A stretch of 64,000 bases of DNA, from IMG/VR virus record IMGVR_UViG_3300045988_010351; one strand, written 5' to 3'. The notes under the pieces were generated by a model. It saw only the letters and a program-made list of their open reading frames with translations. It was not told the origin of the DNA and did not search any database. The translations under genes were made by a program, and so were the position numbers. Below are positions 49,888-57,824 of the stretch, piece by piece; position 1 is the first letter of the stretch, and every line of letters starts with the position of its first letter. This DNA comes from a virus.

Positions 49888-50790
49888 TTAATGTAAGCCA
49901 TCTTTCAATATTGTTAATAATTTATTTTTTAATGAACTTTCTTGTTGAGAAATATAATCTATATTATTATTGAATATATTTAGATTATTTATGTCCATTT
50001 CTTTTATATATTCATATTTTTCAAGAGCTTCTTTTTTAATAGTTTCTAAACTTTTTAGTTGATTGGTTTTATCATCTAAACAGTTTACAAAATACTTTTG
50101 ATCAAATATAGTATTTATAAAATTATCACCACAATAAATAGGGATACATCCTGCTAAATAGCTGTCAAATATTTTTTCAGTAATGTAATATCTATGTTTT
50201 ACATTCTCAAAACAAATATTAAACTTACTCTTTTCTATAAATGCTATTTTATCATTAATAATATTATTAAAAGCATTACCTCCTTTTATTATATTGTTTG
50301 AAATATTATTACCAATTTCAATTCTCTTTTGTATTAAATTCAAATCATTTATACAATAATTTGGAGCATATAAAAAATTGAAATCATAATATTTATTTGA
50401 TGTATTATTTGAAACAACTATTGAAAAATCATAATCTTTCTTATTCAAAATCTTATGCTTAAACTTTTCATTCAAATTCTCATAATTACCATCATTATAA
50501 ATAGGAAGTAAACATTGAATATTTATAATTTTTCTATCATTTATATTAAATACTTTATCTGGTTGAAATGATATAAAAACATCAACATAATTGCTATAAA
50601 CTTTAACTAGTGATTCAATATCTAAACATTCACCACATACAAAAATAACTAAATCTGATTTTTGTTTTCTTTTTTCCAAATTAAAAGAAACTAACTCAAC
50701 AATATAATTCTGAGGTGTAATTTCTTCTAATATTTTATATAATGGTGAACTTGTGCTAAAATTATCCCAAAGTCCATTTAGAATTATCAT
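49888..50790 (-). CDS. GT10-like alpha-1,3-fucosyltransferase candidate (300 aa), extremely AT-rich
   Basis: C-terminal 'FNICFENVKHRYYITEKIFDSYLAGCIPIYCG' resembles the GT10 'FENS...Y.TEK...PIY.G' motif. Local GC is ~15-20% versus ~34% in the flanks. Confidence 0.6.
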   Translation of the reverse strand: MIILNGLWDNFSTSSPLYKILEEITPQNYIVELVSFNLEKRKQKSDLVIFVCGECLDIESLVKVYSNYVDVFISFQPDKVFNINDRKIINIQCLLPIYNDGNYENLNEKFKHKILNKKDYDFSIVVSNNTSNKYYDFNFLYAPNYCINDLNLIQKRIEIGNNISNNIIKGGNAFNNIINDKIAFIEKSKFNICFENVKHRYYITEKIFDSYLAGCIPIYCGDNFINTIFDQKYFVNCLDDKTNQLKSLETIKKEALEKYEYIKEMDINNLNIFNNNIDYISQQESSLKNKLLTILKDGLH

Positions 50791-50849
50791 ACTATGTATT
50801 TATTAGTACAGTTATACTAGCATCAGGGAATATAAGGAATCAAATTTTG

Positions 50850-50923
50850 TTGCTCCTACAAGACTCGAACTTGTGACCTTTGGTGTGTAAAACCACTGTT
50901 CTTAACCACTGAACTAAGGAGCA
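50850..50923 (-). tRNA. tRNA-Val(TAC)
   Basis: Acceptor TGCTCCT/AGGAGCA, D-arm GTTC-AGTGGTTAA-GAAC, anticodon loop TTTACAC. Confidence 0.65.
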
Positions 50924-50932
50924 TTGATAGGG

Positions 50933-50960
50933 CAGTTTCTTTAACCTCTAACTGCCCAAA
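50933..50960. other. 8-bp hairpin (GGGCAGTT / AACTGCCC) in the spacer between tRNA-Val and tRNA-Ala
   Basis: Perfect inverted repeat with a 12-nt loop. A tandem 'ATGTTTTCAT' x2 repeat lies next to it. Confidence 0.4.
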
Positions 50961-51010
50961 AGAGGGTTCAAGCAAAAAGCTCAACATTATGAAAACATGA
51001 AAACATAGTG

Positions 51011-51084
51011 TGGAGCAAGAGGGACTCGAACCCTTAATTCTTCCTTGCAAAGGAAGTATGTTAGCCAATTACATCACTTGTCCC
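51011..51084 (-). tRNA. tRNA-Ala(TGC)
   Basis: Anticodon arm CTTCC-TTTGCAA-GGAAG. A G3-U70 wobble pair in the acceptor stem is the alanine identity element. Confidence 0.6.
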
Positions 51085-51211
51085 AAATGAGGGTATAGGC
51101 TATCAACCCTCTTGTAGGCAGTCACCATTCATTCCCTACTTTATATACCCTAAAGGTGGTATCACCTACCCTCTTGTACTGGGGTGAGCATCTTATATTT
51201 CTATAAGAACG

Positions 51212-51287
51212 TAGAGTAGACAAGACTCGAACTTGCAATATCACTGCATCCCAAATGCAGGGGGCTAACCAATTAGCCTACTACTCT
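51212..51287 (-). tRNA. tRNA-Pro(TGG)
   Basis: Acceptor AGAGTAG/CTACTCT, D-stem GGCT/AGCC, anticodon arm CTGCA-TTTGGGA-TGCAG. Confidence 0.6.
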
Positions 51288-51293
51288 ATATTG

Positions 51294-51379
51294 CGGAGAG
51301 CAATGTACTCGAAACATATACAATTACTTGTACACTTTGCTTAGCAGGCAAGCCCCATAACCTTATGGGTTTACTCTCC
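51294..51379 (-). tRNA. tRNA-Ser(GCT)
   Basis: Type II tRNA: anticodon loop CTGCTAA, long variable arm with a TACAA/TTGTA stem, acceptor GGAGAGT/GCTCTCC. Confidence 0.6.
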
Positions 51380-51415
51380 AATTTGCCTACCCTACCATAT
51401 AGGAATAGGACTTTT

Positions 51416-51499
51416 AGTTGGGTAGCAGACTATGAGGGAATTGAACCCATAATCTCCACATTGAAAGTGTGGTGACTTAACCACTTCGTCTAACCCAAC
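51416..51499 (-). tRNA. tRNA-Glu(TTC)-like with a non-canonical 3' region
   Basis: Acceptor GTTGGGT/ACCCAAC and anticodon arm CCACA-CTTTCAA-TGTGG are both perfect. About 10 extra nucleotides (ATAGTCTGCT) lie between the T-arm and the acceptor 3' strand. Confidence 0.35.
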
Positions 51500-51504
51500 A
51501 TTGG

Positions 51505-51576
51505 TACCCCCTATAGGAATCGAACCTATATCAAAAGATTAGAAGTCTCTTATTCTGTCCATTGAACTAAGAGGGC
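51505..51576 (-). tRNA. tRNA-Arg(TCT)
   Basis: Anticodon arm AGAGA-CTTCTAA-TCTTT, T-arm ATAGG-TTCGATT-CCTAT. Confidence 0.6.
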
Positions 51577-51593
51577 ATTTACCTTTACTATTG

Positions 51594-51666
51594 TTACCCC
51601 AACAAGACTCGAACTTATGTTACAGGAGCCAAAATCCCGTGTAATAACCAACTATACTATGGGGCA
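51594..51666 (-). tRNA. tRNA-Gln(TTG)
   Basis: Acceptor TGCCCCA/TGGGGTA, anticodon arm CGGGA-TTTTGGC-TCCTG. Confidence 0.6.
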
Positions 51667-51881
51667 ATAAAAAGGAATGTTACTCTAAAACAACTGGTTA
51701 AAAGTAACATTCCTAACAATGGAAATTTCCTAAAACCAATCTCTCTTTCTTAATTGCTCTGCAAAGGTAAGCAAAATATTTGAAACCACCAAACTTTTTC
51801 TCAATTATTTTAGTTCAAGCACCATTTTCTTGTCATGAAGGAGTAAAGTTAGGCTTTGGTTTTAGGTCTAATCTATATTCT

Positions 51882-52289
51882 TTAAGTAATTCCTACTAAC
51901 TTGTTAGCCCAATATTCAGTATAAAAACTGTAGTAGTTCCATTTAATTCCTATCTTACTACATAGATAATGCACTATGTTATGTAGTAATGATGGAATTC
52001 CTATCACTATCAAATATAGTGGACCTAATATATCAGATTGCTTACTATGGCCAAATTCATGTTGGATAGACTTTTGTGATGACATAGTATCCACAAAGAT
52101 ATAGTTACCTAAGGACATAGTTGGTAGCACATCATTATATATCATAGTGTTACCTCCTACTATACCTTCTCTATATGCTGCCTCACACAATATACCCTCT
52201 ATACATAAAGCAAGCATATTCTGTGGGAACTGCCATAACCACATCAATAAATTCTTAATATAACTACTAATCTTCTTCATTTTCTTCAT
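51882..52289 (-). CDS. small HExxH ('QHEFGH') protein (135 aa), putative minimal zincin
   Basis: ORF with a hydrophobic N-terminus and an HEFGH motif. It is the first gene left of the strand switch. Confidence 0.5.
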   Translation of the reverse strand: MKKMKKISSYIKNLLMWLWQFPQNMLALCIEGILCEAAYREGIVGGNTMIYNDVLPTMSLGNYIFVDTMSSQKSIQHEFGHSKQSDILGPLYLIVIGIPSLLHNIVHYLCSKIGIKWNYYSFYTEYWANKLVGIT

Positions 52290-52761
52290 TAATTATTGGA
52301 TATAATATATCCCTAGAGCTGGATTAACAGCCTTCAAGACAGCTATTTTTAGCTTTCCTATCAATTACTTACTTCAGTAGACCCGGTCTTTTAATCCTCT
52401 AAAGTCTGATTCCCTGTGCCTTTTCTCAGTGTGATGTGCTCAGACAATCTACCTTATAAAGTAACCATTTGTGTAGTATTGGGGACACCTCTCTATTATT
52501 TATAGATACTACCCAACTTCTGCCCCACTACTTTTTATCCTCATGGGGGATAACCTAATCACACTTAGGTTCTACGAGGTACAAAGATAAGTAAAAGAAA
52601 TGATATGACCAAATGTATAAATAGAAAATTTATTGATTATAGAGATAATTTTTTTTTTCTGATTTTTTTTTTGAAAAATTTTTGGTATTTGTAGGAGTGG
52701 TACTTACACCAACCACACCCTCCCCATCACTCAGCCCGAGGGGGTCCTACCCCCAAGGGTT

Positions 52762-52773
52762 AGGCAATATTGC
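52762..52773. promoter_or_regulatory. perfect 12-bp palindrome GGCAATATTGCC, 28 bp upstream of the 92-aa ORF
   Basis: Exact inverted repeat in the GC-rich leader. It is an operator-like site. Confidence 0.35.
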
Positions 52774-52800
52774 CGTATAACTGACTAAAACTTTATAACC

Positions 52801-53079
52801 ATGTCAGCAAACAATCTTATTTTCCACGACACTCTTACAGTAGAGCAATTCAAAGACAAGATGAAAGTCTCACGGATTGAAGTAAAGAAGAATCCCAAGT
52901 CGGGAAAGTTATTCTTTTCTTACGGAGCAAAAACAGGAGCTGTTGCATCAAAGGGTATTCCAAAGAACCCTATGTTCTCCTTTGTAAAGGGAGACCCTAC
53001 TCCTCAGAATCCCTCAGGGGAATTCTGGCTCCTCCATGAGGAAGGCCAGGGAGGTGCACCTGTATTGGCCACCTTCTGA
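52801..53079 (+). CDS. small protein (92 aa); forms a monocistronic unit
   Basis: ORF preceded by a GC-rich structured leader and followed within 7 nt by a strong terminator. Confidence 0.5.
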   Translation: MSANNLIFHDTLTVEQFKDKMKVSRIEVKKNPKSGKLFFSYGAKTGAVASKGIPKNPMFSFVKGDPTPQNPSGEFWLLHEEGQGGAPVLATF

Positions 53080-53085
53080 TAAGAG

Positions 53086-53126
53086 GGCAACAGGCAGAAA
53101 TGCCTGTTTGCCTTTTGGTTTTTTTT
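53086..53126 (+). terminator. rho-independent terminator
   Basis: GGCAACAGGCA-GAAA-TGCCTGTTTGCC hairpin, followed by TTTTGGTTTTTTTT. Confidence 0.8.
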
Positions 53127-53633
53127 AAGCATTAATAGATTTACATCTCTTCTTGACAAGAAGATTAGAGAGGCAAGTAGAGTGTTTAGAGGTTTAATGC
53201 ACTGGATAAGTAGGATAGGATAATAGAGTGTGGAATACACTTTATGTCCTATCTTTCTTGTTTTGTATTGAATGTAACTTGTTGATTTACTGAGAGTTAT
53301 AGTATGGATTAATATGCTGTTAAGTGTGTAGTATTATACAATCACCCCATAAATACCTCTCATGAAATCAACAATTAGTAGAACAATCATCCAATAATGT
53401 ATGACTGTTTTTACTGTTACAGTTGAAATATAATGACAATATTTTATTATGGATAATTTTGCTTTTACTTGTAAACGTCAGATGCTAGAAGCAGCTAAAA
53501 AGGATAAAGAACTATTAGATTTTTATAATTTAACAGAAGATTCTGAACCTCATAAAATAGTAGCTGCATACATTCTCTACTACTTTCCTACATCCGTGAG
53601 TAGGGAGATTTGTAAACACATTTAGAAAAGACA

Positions 53634-53690
53634 TTCTCACTTAAATAAAACTATTGTACTGAGGTTAGAACTCAGAGTGAGAACTTTTTA
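53634..53690 (+). terminator. terminator-like nested hairpin
   Basis: Outer stem TTCTCAC/GTGAGAA, inner stem CTGAG/CTCAG, followed by TTTTT. Confidence 0.5.
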
Positions 53691-53715
53691 ATAACAACAT
53701 AAATAATAACTAAAA

Positions 53716-53949
53716 ATGATAACAGATACATTAGAGTTTCAAAAATATTGTTGGATCAAGCTCTACGATAAAGTAGAATTTATTCTATTGCCATTAGGTG
53801 GCAATTACGATAGTCATTTTGATAATGTTGTAACAAACATTATTAATAATAACTATTGTTTGCTACCAAATGAAATAGAAAAAGAGTTCATTTGGACTGC
53901 CCAACAATATGTTGATTATGTCATAAAAACATATTATAATGTTGATTGA
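53716..53949 (+). CDS. hypothetical early protein (77 aa)
   Basis: ORF coupled to the next gene by an ATGA overlap. Confidence 0.5.
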   Translation: MITDTLEFQKYCWIKLYDKVEFILLPLGGNYDSHFDNVVTNIINNNYCLLPNEIEKEFIWTAQQYVDYVIKTYYNVD

Positions 53950-54377
53950 CGGAGTTTTCACATCCTTTTCTTGGCAACAGAATAAAGGGTGTATTTTTAT
54001 TTATCAACCTACAAACAAACAATCAAATGAACAAATCAACTATGCAAGATATGATTGAAAATACTATTCCAACCCTTGAGTATCTTCACAACTGTGATGA
54101 TCTGAAAGCTTTTTTAATGTTTCACATAGATGACCCTATATGTGGCACTGCTGACTTTCAGGGAGATATGGTAGAATTTACTGGTTATGCTGTTCCCAAA
54201 GAAGGAGAAGTCATACCTGTAGATGGTTATGATGTAAACTATACAGTGGGTGCTATTAATGAAGTAACTAATACTTTTGTTCTAACATTTGGCAAGTTTG
54301 CTGATGAAGCCTATGGTGTGGAGCTTCCTGCCTATGTGAGAGAAGAACTCATTGCTACCTTGAAAGGAGAATGGTAA
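53946..54377 (+). CDS. hypothetical early protein (up to 143 aa)
   Basis: ORF. Confidence 0.55.
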   Translation: MTEFSHPFLGNRIKGVFLFINLQTNNQMNKSTMQDMIENTIPTLEYLHNCDDLKAFLMFHIDDPICGTADFQGDMVEFTGYAVPKEGEVIPVDGYDVNYTVGAINEVTNTFVLTFGKFADEAYGVELPAYVREELIATLKGEW

Positions 54378-54432
54378 ATTAACTAGTAGTGTGGGGATAA
54401 AACTCCACACTACTTCTAAATAAAAAAGAATT

Positions 54433-54771
54433 ATGGAAAAAATAGTATACGGACAATCTATTGAGAAAGGGCAGATAGTAGAAATAACTGTTCCTAACAT
54501 AGAAAAGCCTATAAAAGCAGTAGTACTTGATGTAATCGAGTATTCTACAGGCGGTAATAGTGCTCACCATGAGTGTATAATGTATGCACAAAAGAGGCTC
54601 TTTAAGGCTTCATTTGAATGTAACTGGTCTATAGAAGATAGTTATAATGGCGATCCTGATATACCAGAGGATGAAGTAGAACTCTACTATTATTCAAACT
54701 TAAAATATGAAGGGATAATAGTAGAGTATTGTGAAATACCTGAAATCCAACATCAAGAAATAGACCTATGA
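54433..54771 (+). CDS. hypothetical protein (112 aa)
   Basis: ORF. Confidence 0.55.
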   Translation: MEKIVYGQSIEKGQIVEITVPNIEKPIKAVVLDVIEYSTGGNSAHHECIMYAQKRLFKASFECNWSIEDSYNGDPDIPEDEVELYYYSNLKYEGIIVEYCEIPEIQHQEIDL

Positions 54772-54959
54772 CCACAAACAAACAGAGAGCTGCTGTTCAC
54801 TTTTGTGAGCAGTGGCTTAATGTTACCTTCAAAGGTAACATTAATGACTTTCAACAAGTAAGTTACTTTTTGTCAATCTACTTAGATGAGGCTAAAAGTC
54901 TCTATGATGAAGTCAGATGTGAGTATGAATCTTATTTATGGGATTTAATGATGGATTAA
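54768..54959 (+). CDS. hypothetical protein (63 aa)
   Basis: ORF with a 4-nt overlap. Confidence 0.4.
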   Translation: MTTNKQRAAVHFCEQWLNVTFKGNINDFQQVSYFLSIYLDEAKSLYDEVRCEYESYLWDLMMD

Positions 54960-54960
54960 C

Positions 54961-55191
54961 ATGGCAAGAAAACATACATATCACCGAGAAAACTGTGACT
55001 GCTCCATAAGAGAAGTCATAGTAGATGTCTATGGAAGGAAAATAATCCTTAGTGGACAACATGCCTTTGAATATAGTATAACTGTTAATAGTATAACTGT
55101 TATATCAATTACTGGTAGAATAGTTATTACTGACTTCAAGAATGGTAAAGAGGCAAGAAAGGAGTTCTGCAAATATAAAAGGAAGAAGTAA
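54961..55191 (+). CDS. hypothetical protein (76 aa)
   Basis: ORF. Confidence 0.4.
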   Translation: MARKHTYHRENCDCSIREVIVDVYGRKIILSGQHAFEYSITVNSITVISITGRIVITDFKNGKEARKEFCKYKRKK

Positions 55192-55407
55192 ATGAGAGTC
55201 AAGCTTATACTTAAAGGTGTGTTACTATGGGTAACAGCCTTTGCAGCTGTAATCTTCATATCAGGAGTAGATAGTATCTATGATAATGGATACCTCTTTC
55301 AGACCCTTATAGCTGTTGCAGTAATGATATTCTGTTGCTACAAGCTAATCTCAGAGGAAGAGTTTGAAATATTGTCTTTGTACAGATGGTTTAACAAAAT
55401 TATATAA
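55192..55407 (+). CDS. small membrane protein (71 aa)
   Basis: Two hydrophobic helices. Confidence 0.4.
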   Translation: MRVKLILKGVLLWVTAFAAVIFISGVDSIYDNGYLFQTLIAVAVMIFCCYKLISEEEFEILSLYRWFNKII

Positions 55408-55413
55408 TGACAT

Positions 55414-56040
55414 ATGAAAAGTAAATGTATTTCTATTACCCTTGAACAAGCTAAAGAGTGGTATTATGGAGATAGCTATGTTCTTCAACAATTGGCTCTT
55501 AAAGCTTTTGATAAGGAAGAATTAAAACGTTCTTTTAGAGATATTAAATCTTTTAAGGATGCTTGTGATGCTCTTGAACTTGATTATAATGCCCTTTATC
55601 ATATGTCTAGAGAAATAAGGCCAACTGGTAGAACAAATGTTGCAATGTTCAAGTTGAGCATCATTAGGAGGGCACTTAACTTAGATTATGAGTTAAATCT
55701 TACAAAAGACCCAAAAGATTCTTGTATCTATCATCCTCTCAATCTACTTACAACTGGAAAGCATACTTATCCAGATAAAATGGAAATAATAGGTAAGATT
55801 GAAGTTGAGGGCAAAGATTACCTTGTTCTTAGTGGTAGTGCTGATTGTACTGCTACTACAGGTATAGGCTGCTACTATCCTCGTGATGAAATAGGTTTTG
55901 CTTATTCCGATGTTGCATTTTTTGGTTGTGCAACAAAAGAAATTGCAGAACATTTTGGAAGATATTTTGGAATGCTTATCACTATGGCTAAGTATGGTGA
56001 TTTGCCTGATTTCCATATTATATCTTCAAAATACAATTAA
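55414..56040 (+). CDS. hypothetical protein (208 aa)
   Basis: ORF. Confidence 0.6.
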   Translation: MKSKCISITLEQAKEWYYGDSYVLQQLALKAFDKEELKRSFRDIKSFKDACDALELDYNALYHMSREIRPTGRTNVAMFKLSIIRRALNLDYELNLTKDPKDSCIYHPLNLLTTGKHTYPDKMEIIGKIEVEGKDYLVLSGSADCTATTGIGCYYPRDEIGFAYSDVAFFGCATKEIAEHFGRYFGMLITMAKYGDLPDFHIISSKYN

Positions 56041-56066
56041 AAGAAACTCAAAAAAAAAATTAAATT

Positions 56067-56723
56067 ATGAAGAGACAACAAGCGAAAGAACTTCTGCCTA
56101 TAATATCAGCCTTTGCAGAAGGCAAAACAATACAATATTGCATAGATGCAGATTGGATAGATGTTAGCCCTGATGGAGCTGTTGATTTTAGTGACAATCC
56201 TTCAAACTACCGCATCAAGCCAGATGAAAACCAACTTCCTATTAAGGATGGAGACATTATGATGACTATGGGCAAAAGAGCTTTTATTGCTAATGGAATA
56301 ATAGATAGTAATGGCCGCCCATATGCACATTGTGGAATTAATTTACATCATGATTTTACTATAGGTACAACTATGTGTGGATGGACATCATCACCCTACA
56401 TACCAGCATCAGAAGAAGCTAAGAAAGAATTATTTATTAAGATGGGAATAGCTGGATATACATGGAATGCTAAAACTCTAAAATTAGAGAAAATAGAACC
56501 AAAATATCGGCCTTTTAGAACTAAAGAAGAGTGTTGGAATGAAATGCTTAAACATCAGCCATTTGGGTGGGTAAAACATACCTCTTCTAATGAATATTTT
56601 TATTCTATATTAGAAGTTATAGACGGTGGTTGTGTATTTGTGTATGGGCCTATGGTTCCATTTGATGAGGTTTATGAGTTCAACACATTTGCTGATGGAA
56701 CACCATTTGGTATTAAAGAATAA
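56067..56723 (+). CDS. hypothetical protein (218 aa)
   Basis: ORF. Confidence 0.6.
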   Translation: MKRQQAKELLPIISAFAEGKTIQYCIDADWIDVSPDGAVDFSDNPSNYRIKPDENQLPIKDGDIMMTMGKRAFIANGIIDSNGRPYAHCGINLHHDFTIGTTMCGWTSSPYIPASEEAKKELFIKMGIAGYTWNAKTLKLEKIEPKYRPFRTKEECWNEMLKHQPFGWVKHTSSNEYFYSILEVIDGGCVFVYGPMVPFDEVYEFNTFADGTPFGIKE

Positions 56724-56729
56724 AAGAAT

Positions 56730-57209
56730 ATGAAAACAAAAGAGTTCAAGATACAAATACCAGAAGGTTATGAAATTGACAAAGAAAACTCAACATTTGA
56801 ATGTATCAAGTTCAAATCTATAAAGAAAAATATTACATATGGAGATATATGTGAATACCTCTTCAAAGATAAAGATAGTTTCTATATAACAAATTCTGGA
56901 GGAGTAAATAACTATCTGTCTGTTTGTAGTGCCATGGATAAAAACAATGCTACAAATAGAGAACAACTTAAAAGAATATTAGCACTAAATCAACTTCTTA
57001 ATATTGCTGAATATTATAATAGATTACATATTATGATTGATAGACCATATGTAATTTTATATGATAAAAGAACACAAAGTTATACAGTTAATTCAGTTTC
57101 TCCATGTTATGGATTTGGTATAGAAGCTGCTTTTAATAAAGTAGAAGATGCCAAAGCAGTAAGAGATAATCCTAACTTTAGAGAAATTCTTGATACTATT
57201 TATAAATAA
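56730..57209 (+). CDS. hypothetical protein (159 aa)
   Basis: ORF. Confidence 0.55.
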   Translation: MKTKEFKIQIPEGYEIDKENSTFECIKFKSIKKNITYGDICEYLFKDKDSFYITNSGGVNNYLSVCSAMDKNNATNREQLKRILALNQLLNIAEYYNRLHIMIDRPYVILYDKRTQSYTVNSVSPCYGFGIEAAFNKVEDAKAVRDNPNFREILDTIYK

Positions 57210-57351
57210 TAAATTGCAGTTTTCATGAAATAAATAATTATTAGTAGCCTGTACAAAGGACAGATGTATAAGATAGCAATATATCTGAGGGCATTTAGTT
57301 TAATTTAGCCCATTGTTGTCAAGATGCTACCTAATTGACAATGGGCATTAT

Positions 57352-57423
57352 GCTCCTATAGTTCAATGGATAGAACATCTCTCTCCTAAAGAGAAAATGT
57401 AGGTTCGATTCCTACTGGGAGTA
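57352..57423 (+). tRNA. tRNA-Arg(CCT)
   Basis: Anticodon arm TCTCT-CTCCTAA-AGAGA, T-arm GTAGG-TTCGATT-CCTAC, D-arm GTTC-AATGGATA-GAAC. Confidence 0.65.
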
Positions 57424-57499
57424 CTAAGGTATTACTCATATAAGGTAATTTGATTGTTTTTAGGTATGTGAATTTGAAGGAATTTGTATGTGAATATGA

Positions 57500-57571
57500 A
57501 TTCCTTTATGTCTCCATAGTTCAAGGGATAGAACAATAGTCTTCTAAACTATATATCTGAGTTCGAGTCTC
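57500..57571 (+). tRNA. tRNA-Arg(TCT)
   Basis: Anticodon arm ATAGT-CTTCTAA-ACTAT, T-arm CTGAG-TTCGAGT-CTCAG, D-arm GTTC-AAGGGATA-GAAC. Confidence 0.65.
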
Positions 57572-57824
57572 AGTGGAGATACAATGGTGGATTTAGCTCA
57601 CTATTTCTACTAAGCAGTGGAACCTGAAGATAAGCAAAATGTGATGCTGATAGGCAAGCTATCACCACTTAGTAAATGCAAGGGCTTCAATGTGGGGATA
57701 TAAAGAAGAAGCTACGTGACTTTAAGTACAATAATTTCAATAGGAAAAGCTGTATGACTTTGTTAGGACATTCTTTCAATAAGAAATGAATCCATTTTTA
57801 CATAAATAACTAAAACAGTAAGAT

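Noticed and set aside
50960-51000. A plus-strand 'GGGTTCAAGC' segment resembling a tRNA T-arm.
   Set aside because: No acceptor, D-arm or anticodon arm can be built around it. It belongs to the spacer hairpin region.
50856-51068. A 70-aa minus-strand ORF.
   Set aside because: It overlaps tRNA-Val, the spacer hairpin and tRNA-Ala. It is almost certainly not coding.
47573-51666. Whether the periodic ~75-85-bp repeats could be a CRISPR array.
   Set aside because: The units are not identical repeats separated by unique spacers. Each folds as a distinct tRNA cloverleaf.
53004-53240. A 78-aa minus-strand ORF.
   Set aside because: It lies antisense across the 92-aa gene's 3' end and the strong plus-strand terminator, with no supporting signals.
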